Assembly (NCBI RefSeq): GCF_046119375.1 | Contig: NW_027362761.1 | Location: 454,522,001-454,586,000, forward strand | Source: Phyllobates terribilis | Lineage: Eukaryota | Direction: 5' to 3' | Length of the DNA stretch: 64,000 bases | Part shown: in pieces, positions 24,531 to 34,891 of the stretch | Position numbering within the stretch: the first letter of the stretch is position 1 | Layout: each line of letters begins with the position of its first letter | Notes under the pieces: generated by a model | What the model was told of the DNA's origin: nothing | What the model saw: the letters and a program-made list of their open reading frames with translations, nothing else | Database searches by the model: none | Program-made: the position numbers and the translations under genes

Positions 24531-27500
24531 TGTAAGGATACTGTTGTCTGATAACCCGTGACCAGGGGCTCCTACCCTGTCCCTAACGCTAGGGACACCC
24601 TAGCTATCCCTGCTCCCCAGGTTATTTCTGATGGTGAAGATGCTGAGGCCACGTACTTTGCTGTTCTCCTGAATCAGCCCTTTTCTGTCCCCTCCGCCAC
24701 CTAGGTAAGTGGGGAGGAATAGTGTATGTAAATACACAAACAATATAAACAAGGAAAGGACATACAAGGATAAATGAAAATATGAAACCTGCAAAATATG
24801 CACTCACAGGCAACAGAGGGAAAACACAAGGTATTACGAAGGTAAAAATAGAAGAGGAAGGGACTATGCATGCAGCCAAAACACCAAGCAACAGTCACAG
24901 AACAACTCTCCTTAACCACTTCGTGCCAGAGCCTGTTTTCGCCTTCGTGACCAGGCCAATTTTTTCAATTCTGACCACTGTCACTTTATGAAGTAATTAC
25001 TCTGGAACGCTTCAATGGATTCCCCTGATTCTGAGAATGTTTTTTCGTGACATATTGTACTTCATGATAGTGGTAAAATTTCTTCGATATCACTTGCGTT
25101 TATTTGTGAAAAAATCAGAAATTTGGTGAAAATTTTGAAAATGTTGTAATTTTCAAACTTTGAATTTTCATGCCCTTAAATCAGAGAGATATGTCACACA
25201 AAATAGTTAATAAATAACATTTCCCACATGTCTACTTTACGTCAGCACAATTTTGGAACCAACATTTTTTTTTGTTAGGAAGTTTCTAAGGGTTAAAAGT
25301 TGACTAGCGATTTCTCATTTTTTCAACAAAATTTACAAAAACATTTTTTTAGGGACCACATCTTATTTGAAGTGACTTTGAGGGGCCTTTATGACAGAAA
25401 ATGCCCAAAAGTGACACCATTCTAAAAACAGAACCCCTCAAGGTGCTCAAAACCACATTCAAGAAGTTTATTAACCCTTCAGGTGTTTCACAGGAATTTT
25501 TGGAATGTGGAAGAAAACAATGAGCATTTAACTTTTTTTCACAAAAATGTTACTTTAGACCCAATTTTTTTATTTTTACAAGGGTAACAGGAAAAAATGA
25601 ACTGCACAATTTGTAGTGCAATTTCTCATGAGCACGCTGATACCCCATATGTGAGGGAAAACCACTGTTTGGGCGCACTGCAGGGTTCGGAAGGGAAGGA
25701 GCGCCATTAGACTTTTTGAATGTAAAATTTGTTTGAATAATTAGCCGACGCTATATTGCGTTTGGAGAGCTCCTGATGTGCCTAAACAGTGGAAACCCCC
25801 CACAAGTGACACCATTTTGGAAACTAGACCCCCTTGGGAACTTATATAGATGTGTGGTGAGCACCTTGCACCCCCAGGTGCTTCACACAAGTTTATAATA
25901 TTGAGCTGTAAAAATAAAATTTTCACATTTTTCCCACAAAAACGTTTTTCATCCCTTAATTTTGCATTATCATAAGGGTAATAGGAGAAATTGCACCATG
26001 AAATTTGTTGTGCAATTTCTCCTGAACACGCTGATACCCCATATGTGGAGGAAAACCACTGTTTGAACGCACGGCAGGGTTTGGAAGGGAAGGAGCGCCA
26101 TTTGACTTTTTGAATGTAAAATTTGCTTGAATAATTAGCGGATGCCATGTTGCATTTGGGGAGCCCCTGATGTGCCTAAACAGTGGAAACCTCCCACAAG
26201 TGACACCATTTTGGAAACTAGACCCCTTAGGGAACTTATCGAGATGTATGGTGAGCACCTTGCACCCCCAGGTGCTTCACAGAAGTTTATAATATTGAGC
26301 CGTAAAAATAAAATTTTCACATTTTTCCCATAAAAAATGTTTTTCATCCCCTAATTTTGTATTATCATAAGGATAACAGGAGAAATTGCACCATGAAATT
26401 TGTTGTGCAATTTATCCTGAGTACGCCGATACCCCATATGTGGGGGAAAACCACTGCTTTGGTGTACGGCAGGGTTCGGAAGAGAAAGGAGCGCTATGTT
26501 GGCTGGGATAGGTTGCAGACACCATGTCACATTTGAAGAGTCGCTGACATGCCGAAACAGCAGAAACCCCCACAAGTGACCCCATTTTGTAAACTACACC
26601 TCTCAAGGAATTCATCTAGGGAAGCAGTGAGTATTTTTTAATTTTTAAATTTATACCATTGGGCAGTGAAGAAAACATAATTATATTTTTACCACAAAAA
26701 ATGTTTTACCCTCAGATTTTACATTTTCACACAGGGCAATGGGTAAAAATGGTGCCGAAATGTGTCACACAATTTCTTCTAAACGTGGCAATACCCCATA
26801 TGTGGCTGTACCGTACCGCTTAGCCATACAGCGAGATCTGGGAGGGACGGAGCGCTATTTGACAATTGGAGAACAAATTATTGTAAAATAGGCATTTGGA
26901 TTTGGGAGCACAAAATTTTCTGAATTTCTGTTGGGGGGCAAGGGCCATTTTGCATTTCCAGAGCCTTTCTGCTACCAGTAACTTACTTAGAAGTCCCTTA
27001 TATTTTTAACAGATAACGGACCTGAGTGGGGACTAGCTTTTTTTGAGGACTGAGTTGAAGTTTTTATTGGGAACATTTTACATAACATTTATCCGGCGCT
27101 CTAGGCTGAGCACTTACATCGGGGTTTCCATCTAAATTTCCAAGTGATGTAATTCAGATGAAACCCCTGCGGGATCCATTCACTGTAATGAGGCAGCAGA
27201 GTCTCCGTCTGGCCTCTGTTTAGCAGTGTCCTTTTTTCAGAAGTCCACAAAACTGTGGCCAACCGCACCTTTATGCACGCCTAAAAAAACTGACACCGTG
27301 GGATCACAGGCCAGACGGCATCCACAGTGGCCTATATCTGCCTCATTACAGTAAATCTTCCGTCATGGGTTCCGTCTGAATCACGTATTTCAGAGATTTA
27401 CACAGAAACCCCGGTGTAAGTGCTCAGGGCAGAGCGCAGGATAAATGTGAGCAGAGCCTTACTGCGATCTTTGGGAGACATAATAAACAAATCAGTAGCA

Positions 27501-29145
27501 GGTGAAGAATTGGTTTTATTTCTTTTTTACGCCGTTCCTCGTGCGGTATAAGTGATGAGATTACTTTATTCTTCGGGTTGGTGCGATTACAGAGATACCA
27601 GATTTATATCGGGTTTTTAAGACTGACAGCTGTCACACACTAAAAGACGCTTTTTTTTGCAAAATCTAGTTGACGAGTTGACATTTTTTTTGGTACCATT
27701 TTTGGGTACGTGACAATTTTTTGATCGCTTTCTATTCCGTTTTTTGGGAGGTAAAATTAACGGAATCCAACAATTGAGGAATTGTTTTTTGAGGTTTTTT
27801 TTATGCCGTTCTGCGTGTGGTAAAAGTGATAAGGCAGCATTATTCTTCGGGTCAGTACCTTTACAGCGATACTACACTTACCGTATATATTTTTTAATGT
27901 TTTGGCGCTTTTACACAATAACACAATTTTTTAGAAAAAATATTTTTTTTGCATTGCTTTATTCTGAGAGCTATAACTTTTTTTACTTTTCGGCTGATGG
28001 AGCTGTATGGCGACTTTTTTTTGCAGAACAAGATGACGTTTTCAGCGGTACCATTTTTATTTCAATTTTGCTTTTTGATCGCATTTTATTCCACTTTTTG
28101 TTTGGCGATATGATGAAAAAGCATAGTTTTTTGCTCCGTTTTTTATTTATTTTTATTACGGTGTGCACAGAAGGAGTTAATTAGTGTGAAAGTTTTATAG
28201 ATCGGATTGTTTCGGACGCGGCAATACCAAATATGTGTACTTTTTTTGTTTTTGCATAAATATACGGATTTATTGGTTTAATTTTTTATTTATTTATTTT
28301 TAGTTATTTTGCAATTTTTTTAACAGTTTGAAAACATTTTTTAGACTTTTTTTTTTTTACATTTTTACTTAGTCCCTGTATGGGACATTAATTTTTATTT
28401 TTCTAATCACTGTTCTCATGCAATGCAATAGACATGTATTGCATTGCATGAGAGCTTTGCTGACAGTTTCACACTGTCAGTGTCTCTTGCTAGACTTCAG
28501 CAGACCCGGAGGTGGTCATGTGACCTCTGGTTGCCATGACAACGGCAGGTCCTCTCAGACATCAGGGGGCCGTCGGAGAGGTAAGTGGATGACCCCCTCT
28601 CCTCTTATTATCTTCTAAATGCCGCGATTGCTATAGATTGCGGCATCTAGAAGATAGAAAAGGGTTAACATCATTGGGACCTGATCCAATCTGGTCCTGA
28701 TGATGTCCCCTGTCACTGCTACTGATCTGAACCGCAACCGTAGCACCTGCAGGACCCTGTCCTGAGTGCTGCGGGACCACCGACCGTTTATAAACGTCGG
28801 CGCTGCACAGACCCCAGGCAGCGCCGACGTTTATATACAGTGGGCAGTCGGGAAGCGATTAAACGCCTCTACCGAACACCAAATCCTCCACTCCTCACCA
28901 GGCAGTACAAGACTTACACTGGCAATCCAAATTGCCAGAGCAGAGACTATATAGGAGATAGGAGTGGCTGATACTGCTCAGCTGAGAACTTCCAAGAAGG
29001 AAGCTACTGAAACTCTGAGCAGATTAACTCTTGAACTGCTGAAAGAAACTAGCACCATTTAATAAGAGAGAGAAGTGCTTCTATTCAATGCAGGAATACA
29101 TGAACTCAGACGCTGGCTCCTCTCTGTGACAGTAAACCCGTGACA
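24531..29145. mobile_element. Solo LTR (tgtaagg...cgtgaca) with 5-bp TSD ctgtg, interrupted by a piggyBac-like element
   Basis: ctgtg at 24526-24530 and 29146-29150; TG...CA ends. Confidence 0.8.
24916..28858. mobile_element. Non-autonomous piggyBac-like element with TTAA TSD and ~390-bp internal tandem repeats
   Basis: ttaa|ccacttc... and ...gtcgggaagcga|ttaa; acaagtgacaccattttggaaactagacccc recurs at ~25802, 26198 and 26573; no transposase ORF; a palindromic MITE remnant lies at ~27085-27461. Confidence 0.78.
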
Positions 29146-29422
29146 CTGTGTCTGCGTGGGTTTCCTCTGGGTTCCCCAGTTTCCTACCACACTCCCAAGA
29201 CATACAGATAGGGAATCTAGATTGTGAGCCCCAATGGGGACAGTGATGATAATATCAGAATTAATGGTGCTATATAAGTGAGTAAAATAAATAAACAAAT
29301 AAATAGACATTTGACGCATCAATTCTGGAGGCTAGGAGATTGCACCAAATCATATTCCCCACTCTCCCCAGATGTTTTTGTGAAAGATGTTCTGCGTAAT
29401 CACAAATATGGAATTTGGATGA

Positions 29423-32400
29423 TGTTATGTTCTGCTACCAAAGCTAAGGAAAGAGAGGAGATCTGTCCCTACTATAGGACTCAGCTGAATCCCTACGATG
29501 TAACAGGGAACCTGATCCTGCGATCAGACCTGCTAAAGTCCTAATCTAGTCTGTACGGAGACCTATAGATGTGGGAAGGGAATCCCTACAAGTACTAAGG
29601 ACTGGGAGGAATATGGGACACCTCCTAACAGAAATAGTAGCAGACAGACGAACAAACAAAATAGATAGAACATAGAGGTCCGTAGACCAAGCAAACTAAC
29701 AGAGCTAGATACAGAGCACAGGCTAGCTAGAAAGTAGATATACAATGAAGTCCAGCAAAGCCAGAAGGGCGGAGCAGGATTAAATAGGCCAACAAGGTCA
29801 TGTGACCAGCAAAGGAAAAAAAACCTAACAGCAAGGTTCTAACAGTACCCCCCCTTCTAAGAGGATCCTCCGGATCCCCTAGGACCAGGCTTATCAGGAA
29901 ATCTCCTGTGAAACGCTCTGATAAGTCTGGACGCGGAAACATCATCTGACCTCACCCAAGAGTTATCCTCGGGTCCGAAACCTTTCCAGGCCACAAGATA
30001 CTGCAAACTACCTCTATACCGTCTAGAGTCAAGGATGCGAGAAATTTCATATTCCCCGTCCTCCACCACCGGAGGAACAGAGGCAGAGGCGTCACCATCA
30101 GACACAACAGCTTTTTTTAACAGAGAGACATGAAAGACCGGATTAATTCTCCAGGAGGTAGGAACCTCCAACCTAACAGCAGATTGGTTGACAACCTGAA
30201 GCACCTTAAAGGGCCCTACAAACTTGGGACCCAATTTCTTAGAAGGAATCCTCAACCGCAGATTCCTAGAGGACAACCAAACCATGTCACCAACAGCGAA
30301 CAAAACCTCCTGTCGTTTCCTATCAAAGTAGTCTTTAGATTTTCTGTTGGCCTCCTGAAGATTACCACGCACATCCGTCCAAACTCTTTCCAAATCATCG
30401 GAAAAATTCTCCTCCTCAGGCACGGCAGATCCCAACTTGGAGAACGACCCAAACGACGGATGTCTCCCAGAACAACAAAAAAAAGGCGAACAACCAGCAG
30501 AAGAAGATGTATGATTGTTCAGAGCAAATTCGGCAAGTGGCAGAAACTCAGACCACCCCTCTTGATTGTCTGCCACAAAACAACGCAAGAACTGCTCAAC
30601 ATCCTGGTTTTTCCTTTCTGTCTGGCCATTAGATTCAGGATGATATCCGGACGAAAACGACAAATGAATTCCCAACCTGTCACAAAAGGCACGCCAAAAA
30701 CGAGCCACCAACTGAGGACCCCTATCAGAAACAATGTCAGTAGGAACGCCATGAAGTCTGACAATTTCCTTGACAAAGGCCTTAGCGAGAGTTTTAGCGC
30801 AGGGCAGTTTGACGAAGGGAACCAAGTGACACATCTTGCTAAAACGGTCCACGACCACCCAGATGACAGTAAAACCCTCAGAGGGGGGAAGGTCAGTTAT
30901 AAAGTCCATAGCCAAATGTGTCCAAGGAGCACTGGGGACCTCCAAAGGACAAAGTAACCCCGCAGCAGGAGTATGTGAGGACTTAGATCTAGCACATATA
31001 GTACATTGGCGCACCCACTTAATGACTTCCTTCTGCCATCCAGGCCACCAAAAACTGCGACCCACCAGTCTCTTGGTCTCAGAGATTCCGGGATGACCTG
31101 CCAACCGAGATTCGTGACACTCAACAAACAAATCTCTCCTAAAGGTCCCAGGCACAAACAACCTCCCATGAGGAGTGTTAGATGGGGCATTCTCCTGAGC
31201 TTTAAGAATCTCATCTTCCAAAACGGAGTCTAAAGCAGCTATCACAACACCTTCTTGTAAAATGTTTTCCTCTTTCTCAGCACCGACTATGGGAGAAAAA
31301 CTGCGAGACAAGGCATCCGCCTTAACATTCTTAGTACCAGGGATGTAAGTAACGGAGAAATTAAACCGCGAGAAAAACAGTGCCCACCTAGCCTGACGGG
31401 CATTCAGGCGCTTGGCAGCATCAAGATATATCAGATTTTTATGATCCGTAAGAACCTGAACGGGAAATTCCGCACCTTCCAAGAAGTGGCGCCAGTGTTC
31501 AAATGCGAGTTTAATAGCCAATAATTCCCGATTACCAATATCGTAATTCAATTCAGTCTCCGAAAATTTTTTTGAAAAAAAGGCACAGGGATGTAATCCA
31601 TCCCCGTTATCCTGAGACAATACTGCGCCAACCCCCACAGAGGAAGCATCAACCTCAACCAAAAACGGCCTAGTAACATCAGGCTGCATAAGGATGGGAG
31701 CAGAGGTGAACCTCTCCTTGAGATACACAAAAGCTTCAATGGCCTCAGAAGACCACTGAACCGCATCAGCACCTTTCCTGGTGAGATCACTCAGAGGTTT
31801 GACAATACTAGAAAAATTTTTTATGAATTTTCTATAGTAATTGGCGAAACCCAAAAACCTCTGTATCGATTTCAAACCAATAGGCCTAGGCCATTCCTGC
31901 ACAGCCTGAACCTTAACCGGATCCATCTCAAAACCTTTGCTGGAGATAATGTAGCCCAAAAAACTAATTCTCTGTACAGCGAACTCACATTTCTCCAGCT
32001 TAGCAAAAAGCGAATTGTCCATTAATAACTGTAATACCTCACGCACGCTCCGCCAATGAGACTCCAGATCTGGCGAATAAATCAAAATGTCATCCAAATA
32101 CACAACCACATTTTTACCGATCAAAGGTCTAAGGATGTCATTAATCAGATTCTGAAAAAATGCAGGAGCATTAGTAAGACCAAAAGGCATAACCAGATTC
32201 TCAAAATGACCCACAGGAGTGTTAAAAGCAGTCTTCCATTCATCACCCTCCTTCATGCGCAACAGATTGTATGCCCCCTTAAGGTCAATTTTAGAGAACC
32301 ACTTGGCCCCCAATAACTGGTTAAACAGATCAGGAATCAATGGCAGTGGGTAAGGATTGCGTACCGTAATTTTGTTAATCTCACGAAAATCCAGACAAGG

Positions 32401-34410
32401 ACGTAAACCGCCGTCCTTTTTTTTTACAAAAAAAAATCCAACCGCCACAGGAGACTTAGAGGGCCTAATGTGACCGGCGGCCAAACTTGTCTGTATGTAT
32501 TCTTCCAAAGCCTTCCTCTCAGGAATAGTAAGGTTAAATAAACGACTTTTAGGAAGAATCGCTCCAGGGACAAATTCAATAGAACAATCATAGTCTCTAT
32601 GGGGAGGCAAAACCTGCGATTCTTTCTCAGAAAAAACTCTCCAAAAATCCTGAATAGGAACAGGCAATTCTCCCCTATCCAAAGCTGCAATACGCCCGTT
32701 ACAACACTTGTCATAACATTTATGGCTCCAGGATTTAATTTCACTGGTAGACCAATCCAGTACAGGATTGTGAAATTTTAACCAGGGCAAACCCAATATT
32801 ACTAGAGAAGGCAAGTTATTCAACACTACCAAATCCAATTTCTCATGGTGAACATCATTAATAGTGAGAGGAAATTCACTGACCTTGAGAGTAATATTCT
32901 TCAAAGGGGAGCCATCCACAGAAACCACAGCAATGGGGGATGATAAAGGTTCAGGTTTTAAATTGAGTTTTTCCACGAATCCCCCATCAATTACATTCAG
33001 TGTAGACCCGCAATCAACAAACACCCGAAATTCCATTAATTTTTCCTGAGCAATCGTGGAAGCAGCTAAAAATATACCCTTGGAATTTAAACAGGCAATA
33101 CGGGCGTGACTGACCATTTTTTTTTCTTTCTTCATACGAAGCTCACAGCCTTTAATCAAATGACCAGATTTTCCGCAATAGAAACACAAGCCTTCCGAAA
33201 AACGACGGTCTTTTTCTTGAGAGCGAGGTGCCACCGATCCAATCTCCATCGGTTCACCACTGTTAGTACACACATTATCATAACCAGAAACTGACATAGC
33301 AGAGAATTTGCTCTCATTAACCCTAGCACGCAGTCTTCTATCCACCCGTATAGCTAATTGCATAGCCTGTTGCAAATCCTCAGGTGTAGGATAAGCAATT
33401 AGCAGGTCTTTAACCCTTTCACTGAGCCCAGCAAGAAATAGACTTTTCAGAGCAGAATCGTTCCACCCTGTTTGAGTGGACCAACGACGAAAATGAGTAC
33501 AATATTTTTCCACATTACCTGATCCTTGTTTTAAACGTCTCAACTCAGTCTCAGCTGATGCCACACGGTCAGGATCATCATATAATAATCCTAAAGCAGA
33601 AAAAAAACTATCCACTGATCTGAAGCATGTATCACTAGGTTGCAAAGAAAAGGCCCACTCCTGAGGCTCTTTGCGCAAAAGTGACATTATGAACCCTACG
33701 CGCTGGGATTCATCCCCAGAGGACTTGGGTCTCAAACGAAAATACAATAAGCAAGCATTTTTAAATGAAAAAAATTCTCGATGTTCACCAAAAAATAAAT
33801 CCGGCAAACATACCTTAGGCTCCAAGAAATATGCTCCAGGACAGTTACTCACGTGCTGACGGAGCTCGGCCACTTCCAGAGAGAGTCCCTGCAGGTGTTT
33901 AGCCAAATCCTGAACCGACACCATGATGGAACAAAAAAAAAAAAAAAAAAAAAAATCTTTCCTTAGAGAATTTGCAGGCTGGACTTACTGTTATGTTCTG
34001 CTACCAAAGCTAAGGAAAGAGAGGAGATCTGTCCCTACTATAGGACTCAGCTGAATCCCTACGATGTAACAGGGAACCTGATCCTGCGATCAGACCTGCT
34101 AAAGTCCTAATCTAGTCTGTACGGAGACCTATAGATGTGGGGAGGGAATCCCTACAAGTACTAAGGACTGGGAGGAATATGGGACACCTCCTAACAGAAA
34201 TAGTAGCAGACAGACGAACAAACAAAATAGATAGAACATAGAGGTCCGTAGACCAAGCAAACTAACAGAGCTAGATACAGAGCACAGGCTAGCTAGAAAG
34301 TAGATATACAATGAAGTCCAGCAAAGCCAGAAGGGCGGAGCAGGATTAAATAGGCCAACAAGGTCATGTGACCAGCAAAGGAAAAAAAACCTAACAGCAA
34401 GGTTCTAACA
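29423..34410 (-). mobile_element. Intact Tf1/sushi-type chromovirus (Ty3/Gypsy) LTR retrotransposon
   Basis: 422-bp LTRs at 29423-29844 and 33989-34410 differ at one position; 5-bp TSD gatga; PPT at ~29845-29858; PBS at 33977-33988. Confidence 0.97.
29857..33924 (-). CDS. Gag-Pol polyprotein (gag, CCHC knuckle, protease, RT, RNase H, integrase, chromodomain), 1355 aa, uninterrupted
   Basis: CFYCGKSGHLIKGC; VDCGS; YLDD; DAS; H-X-H...CTIC; DFIT, SDRGPQ, NGQTER; GPFKV; YEISRILDSR...QYLVAWKGF...WV. Confidence 0.97.
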   Translation of the reverse strand: MVSVQDLAKHLQGLSLEVAELRQHVSNCPGAYFLEPKVCLPDLFFGEHREFFSFKNACLLYFRLRPKSSGDESQRVGFIMSLLRKEPQEWAFSLQPSDTCFRSVDSFFSALGLLYDDPDRVASAETELRRLKQGSGNVEKYCTHFRRWSTQTGWNDSALKSLFLAGLSERVKDLLIAYPTPEDLQQAMQLAIRVDRRLRARVNESKFSAMSVSGYDNVCTNSGEPMEIGSVAPRSQEKDRRFSEGLCFYCGKSGHLIKGCELRMKKEKKMVSHARIACLNSKGIFLAASTIAQEKLMEFRVFVDCGSTLNVIDGGFVEKLNLKPEPLSSPIAVVSVDGSPLKNITLKVSEFPLTINDVHHEKLDLVVLNNLPSLVILGLPWLKFHNPVLDWSTSEIKSWSHKCYDKCCNGRIAALDRGELPVPIQDFWRVFSEKESQVLPPHRDYDCSIEFVPGAILPKSRLFNLTIPERKALEEYIQTSLAAGHIRPSKSPVAVGFFFVKKKDGGLRPCLDFREINKITVRNPYPLPLIPDLFNQLLGAKWFSKIDLKGAYNLLRMKEGDEWKTAFNTPVGHFENLVMPFGLTNAPAFFQNLINDILRPLIGKNVVVYLDDILIYSPDLESHWRSVREVLQLLMDNSLFAKLEKCEFAVQRISFLGYIISSKGFEMDPVKVQAVQEWPRPIGLKSIQRFLGFANYYRKFIKNFSSIVKPLSDLTRKGADAVQWSSEAIEAFVYLKERFTSAPILMQPDVTRPFLVEVDASSVGVGAVLSQDNGDGLHPCAFFSKKFSETELNYDIGNRELLAIKLAFEHWRHFLEGAEFPVQVLTDHKNLIYLDAAKRLNARQARWALFFSRFNFSVTYIPGTKNVKADALSRSFSPIVGAEKEENILQEGVVIAALDSVLEDEILKAQENAPSNTPHGRLFVPGTFRRDLFVECHESRLAGHPGISETKRLVGRSFWWPGWQKEVIKWVRQCTICARSKSSHTPAAGLLCPLEVPSAPWTHLAMDFITDLPPSEGFTVIWVVVDRFSKMCHLVPFVKLPCAKTLAKAFVKEIVRLHGVPTDIVSDRGPQLVARFWRAFCDRLGIHLSFSSGYHPESNGQTERKNQDVEQFLRCFVADNQEGWSEFLPLAEFALNNHTSSSAGCSPFFCCSGRHPSFGSFSKLGSAVPEEENFSDDLERVWTDVRGNLQEANRKSKDYFDRKRQEVLFAVGDMVWLSSRNLRLRIPSKKLGPKFVGPFKVLQVVNQSAVRLEVPTSWRINPVFHVSLLKKAVVSDGDASASVPPVVEDGEYEISRILDSRRYRGSLQYLVAWKGFGPEDNSWVRSDDVSASRLIRAFHRRFPDKPGPRGSGGSS

Positions 34411-34891
34411 GATGACATACTGTATATGCAATGCAGTGTGCTACTTCACTCTCTTAACTTTTAGTATGGAAGAATTGACAGTGTGGCAATGATATAATCA
34501 TATTTTTAGAATGATGGCTGTTGAACCTTAACAGATCTTTTTTGTTTGTTATGTATAAAGAGAGGTCGGGAATCTGTGGTCCATTAAGTTGATCCACACT
34601 TCAACAAACTGTATATTGTCAAAGGAATTCATAAGTGTAAACTTGATGTCAGGGTCCATCTGGTTCAGAAACTCATGGAAGTTATGCAGTTCAATAAATG
34701 TACCTTGCCAAAGTAGAAAAAAATCAACTTTGTACCTCCACAGATAAGAAAGTGGGACACAAATACAAGTTCCTACTCTAGGGCTGCCATAATAATGTTT
34801 GCGCATGCAGCCGCTATGTTTTCACCCATGGTGGACCTGCATAGCCGCATTTAAAATTTGCCACTAAATAGAAAATAATTCTGCTAAGGAC

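Larger units (their letters stand above)
24432..29300 (+). mobile_element. V-SINE split into 24432-24530 and 29146-29300 by a solo LTR
   Basis: The 5' half has A/B boxes and ends ctccctgtg. The 3' half resumes ctgtgtctgcgtgggtttcctc. Confidence 0.8.

Noticed and set aside
30130-30957. 275-aa antisense ORF within the Gypsy integrase (also 12168-13148 antisense to Tx1 ORF1)
   Set aside because: No recognisable motifs; consistent with shadow ORFs opposite coding or GC-rich sequence.
29857-33924. Domesticated PEG10/RTL1-like host gene
   Set aside because: Flanked by near-identical LTRs, TSD, PPT and PBS, so it is a recent mobile insertion.
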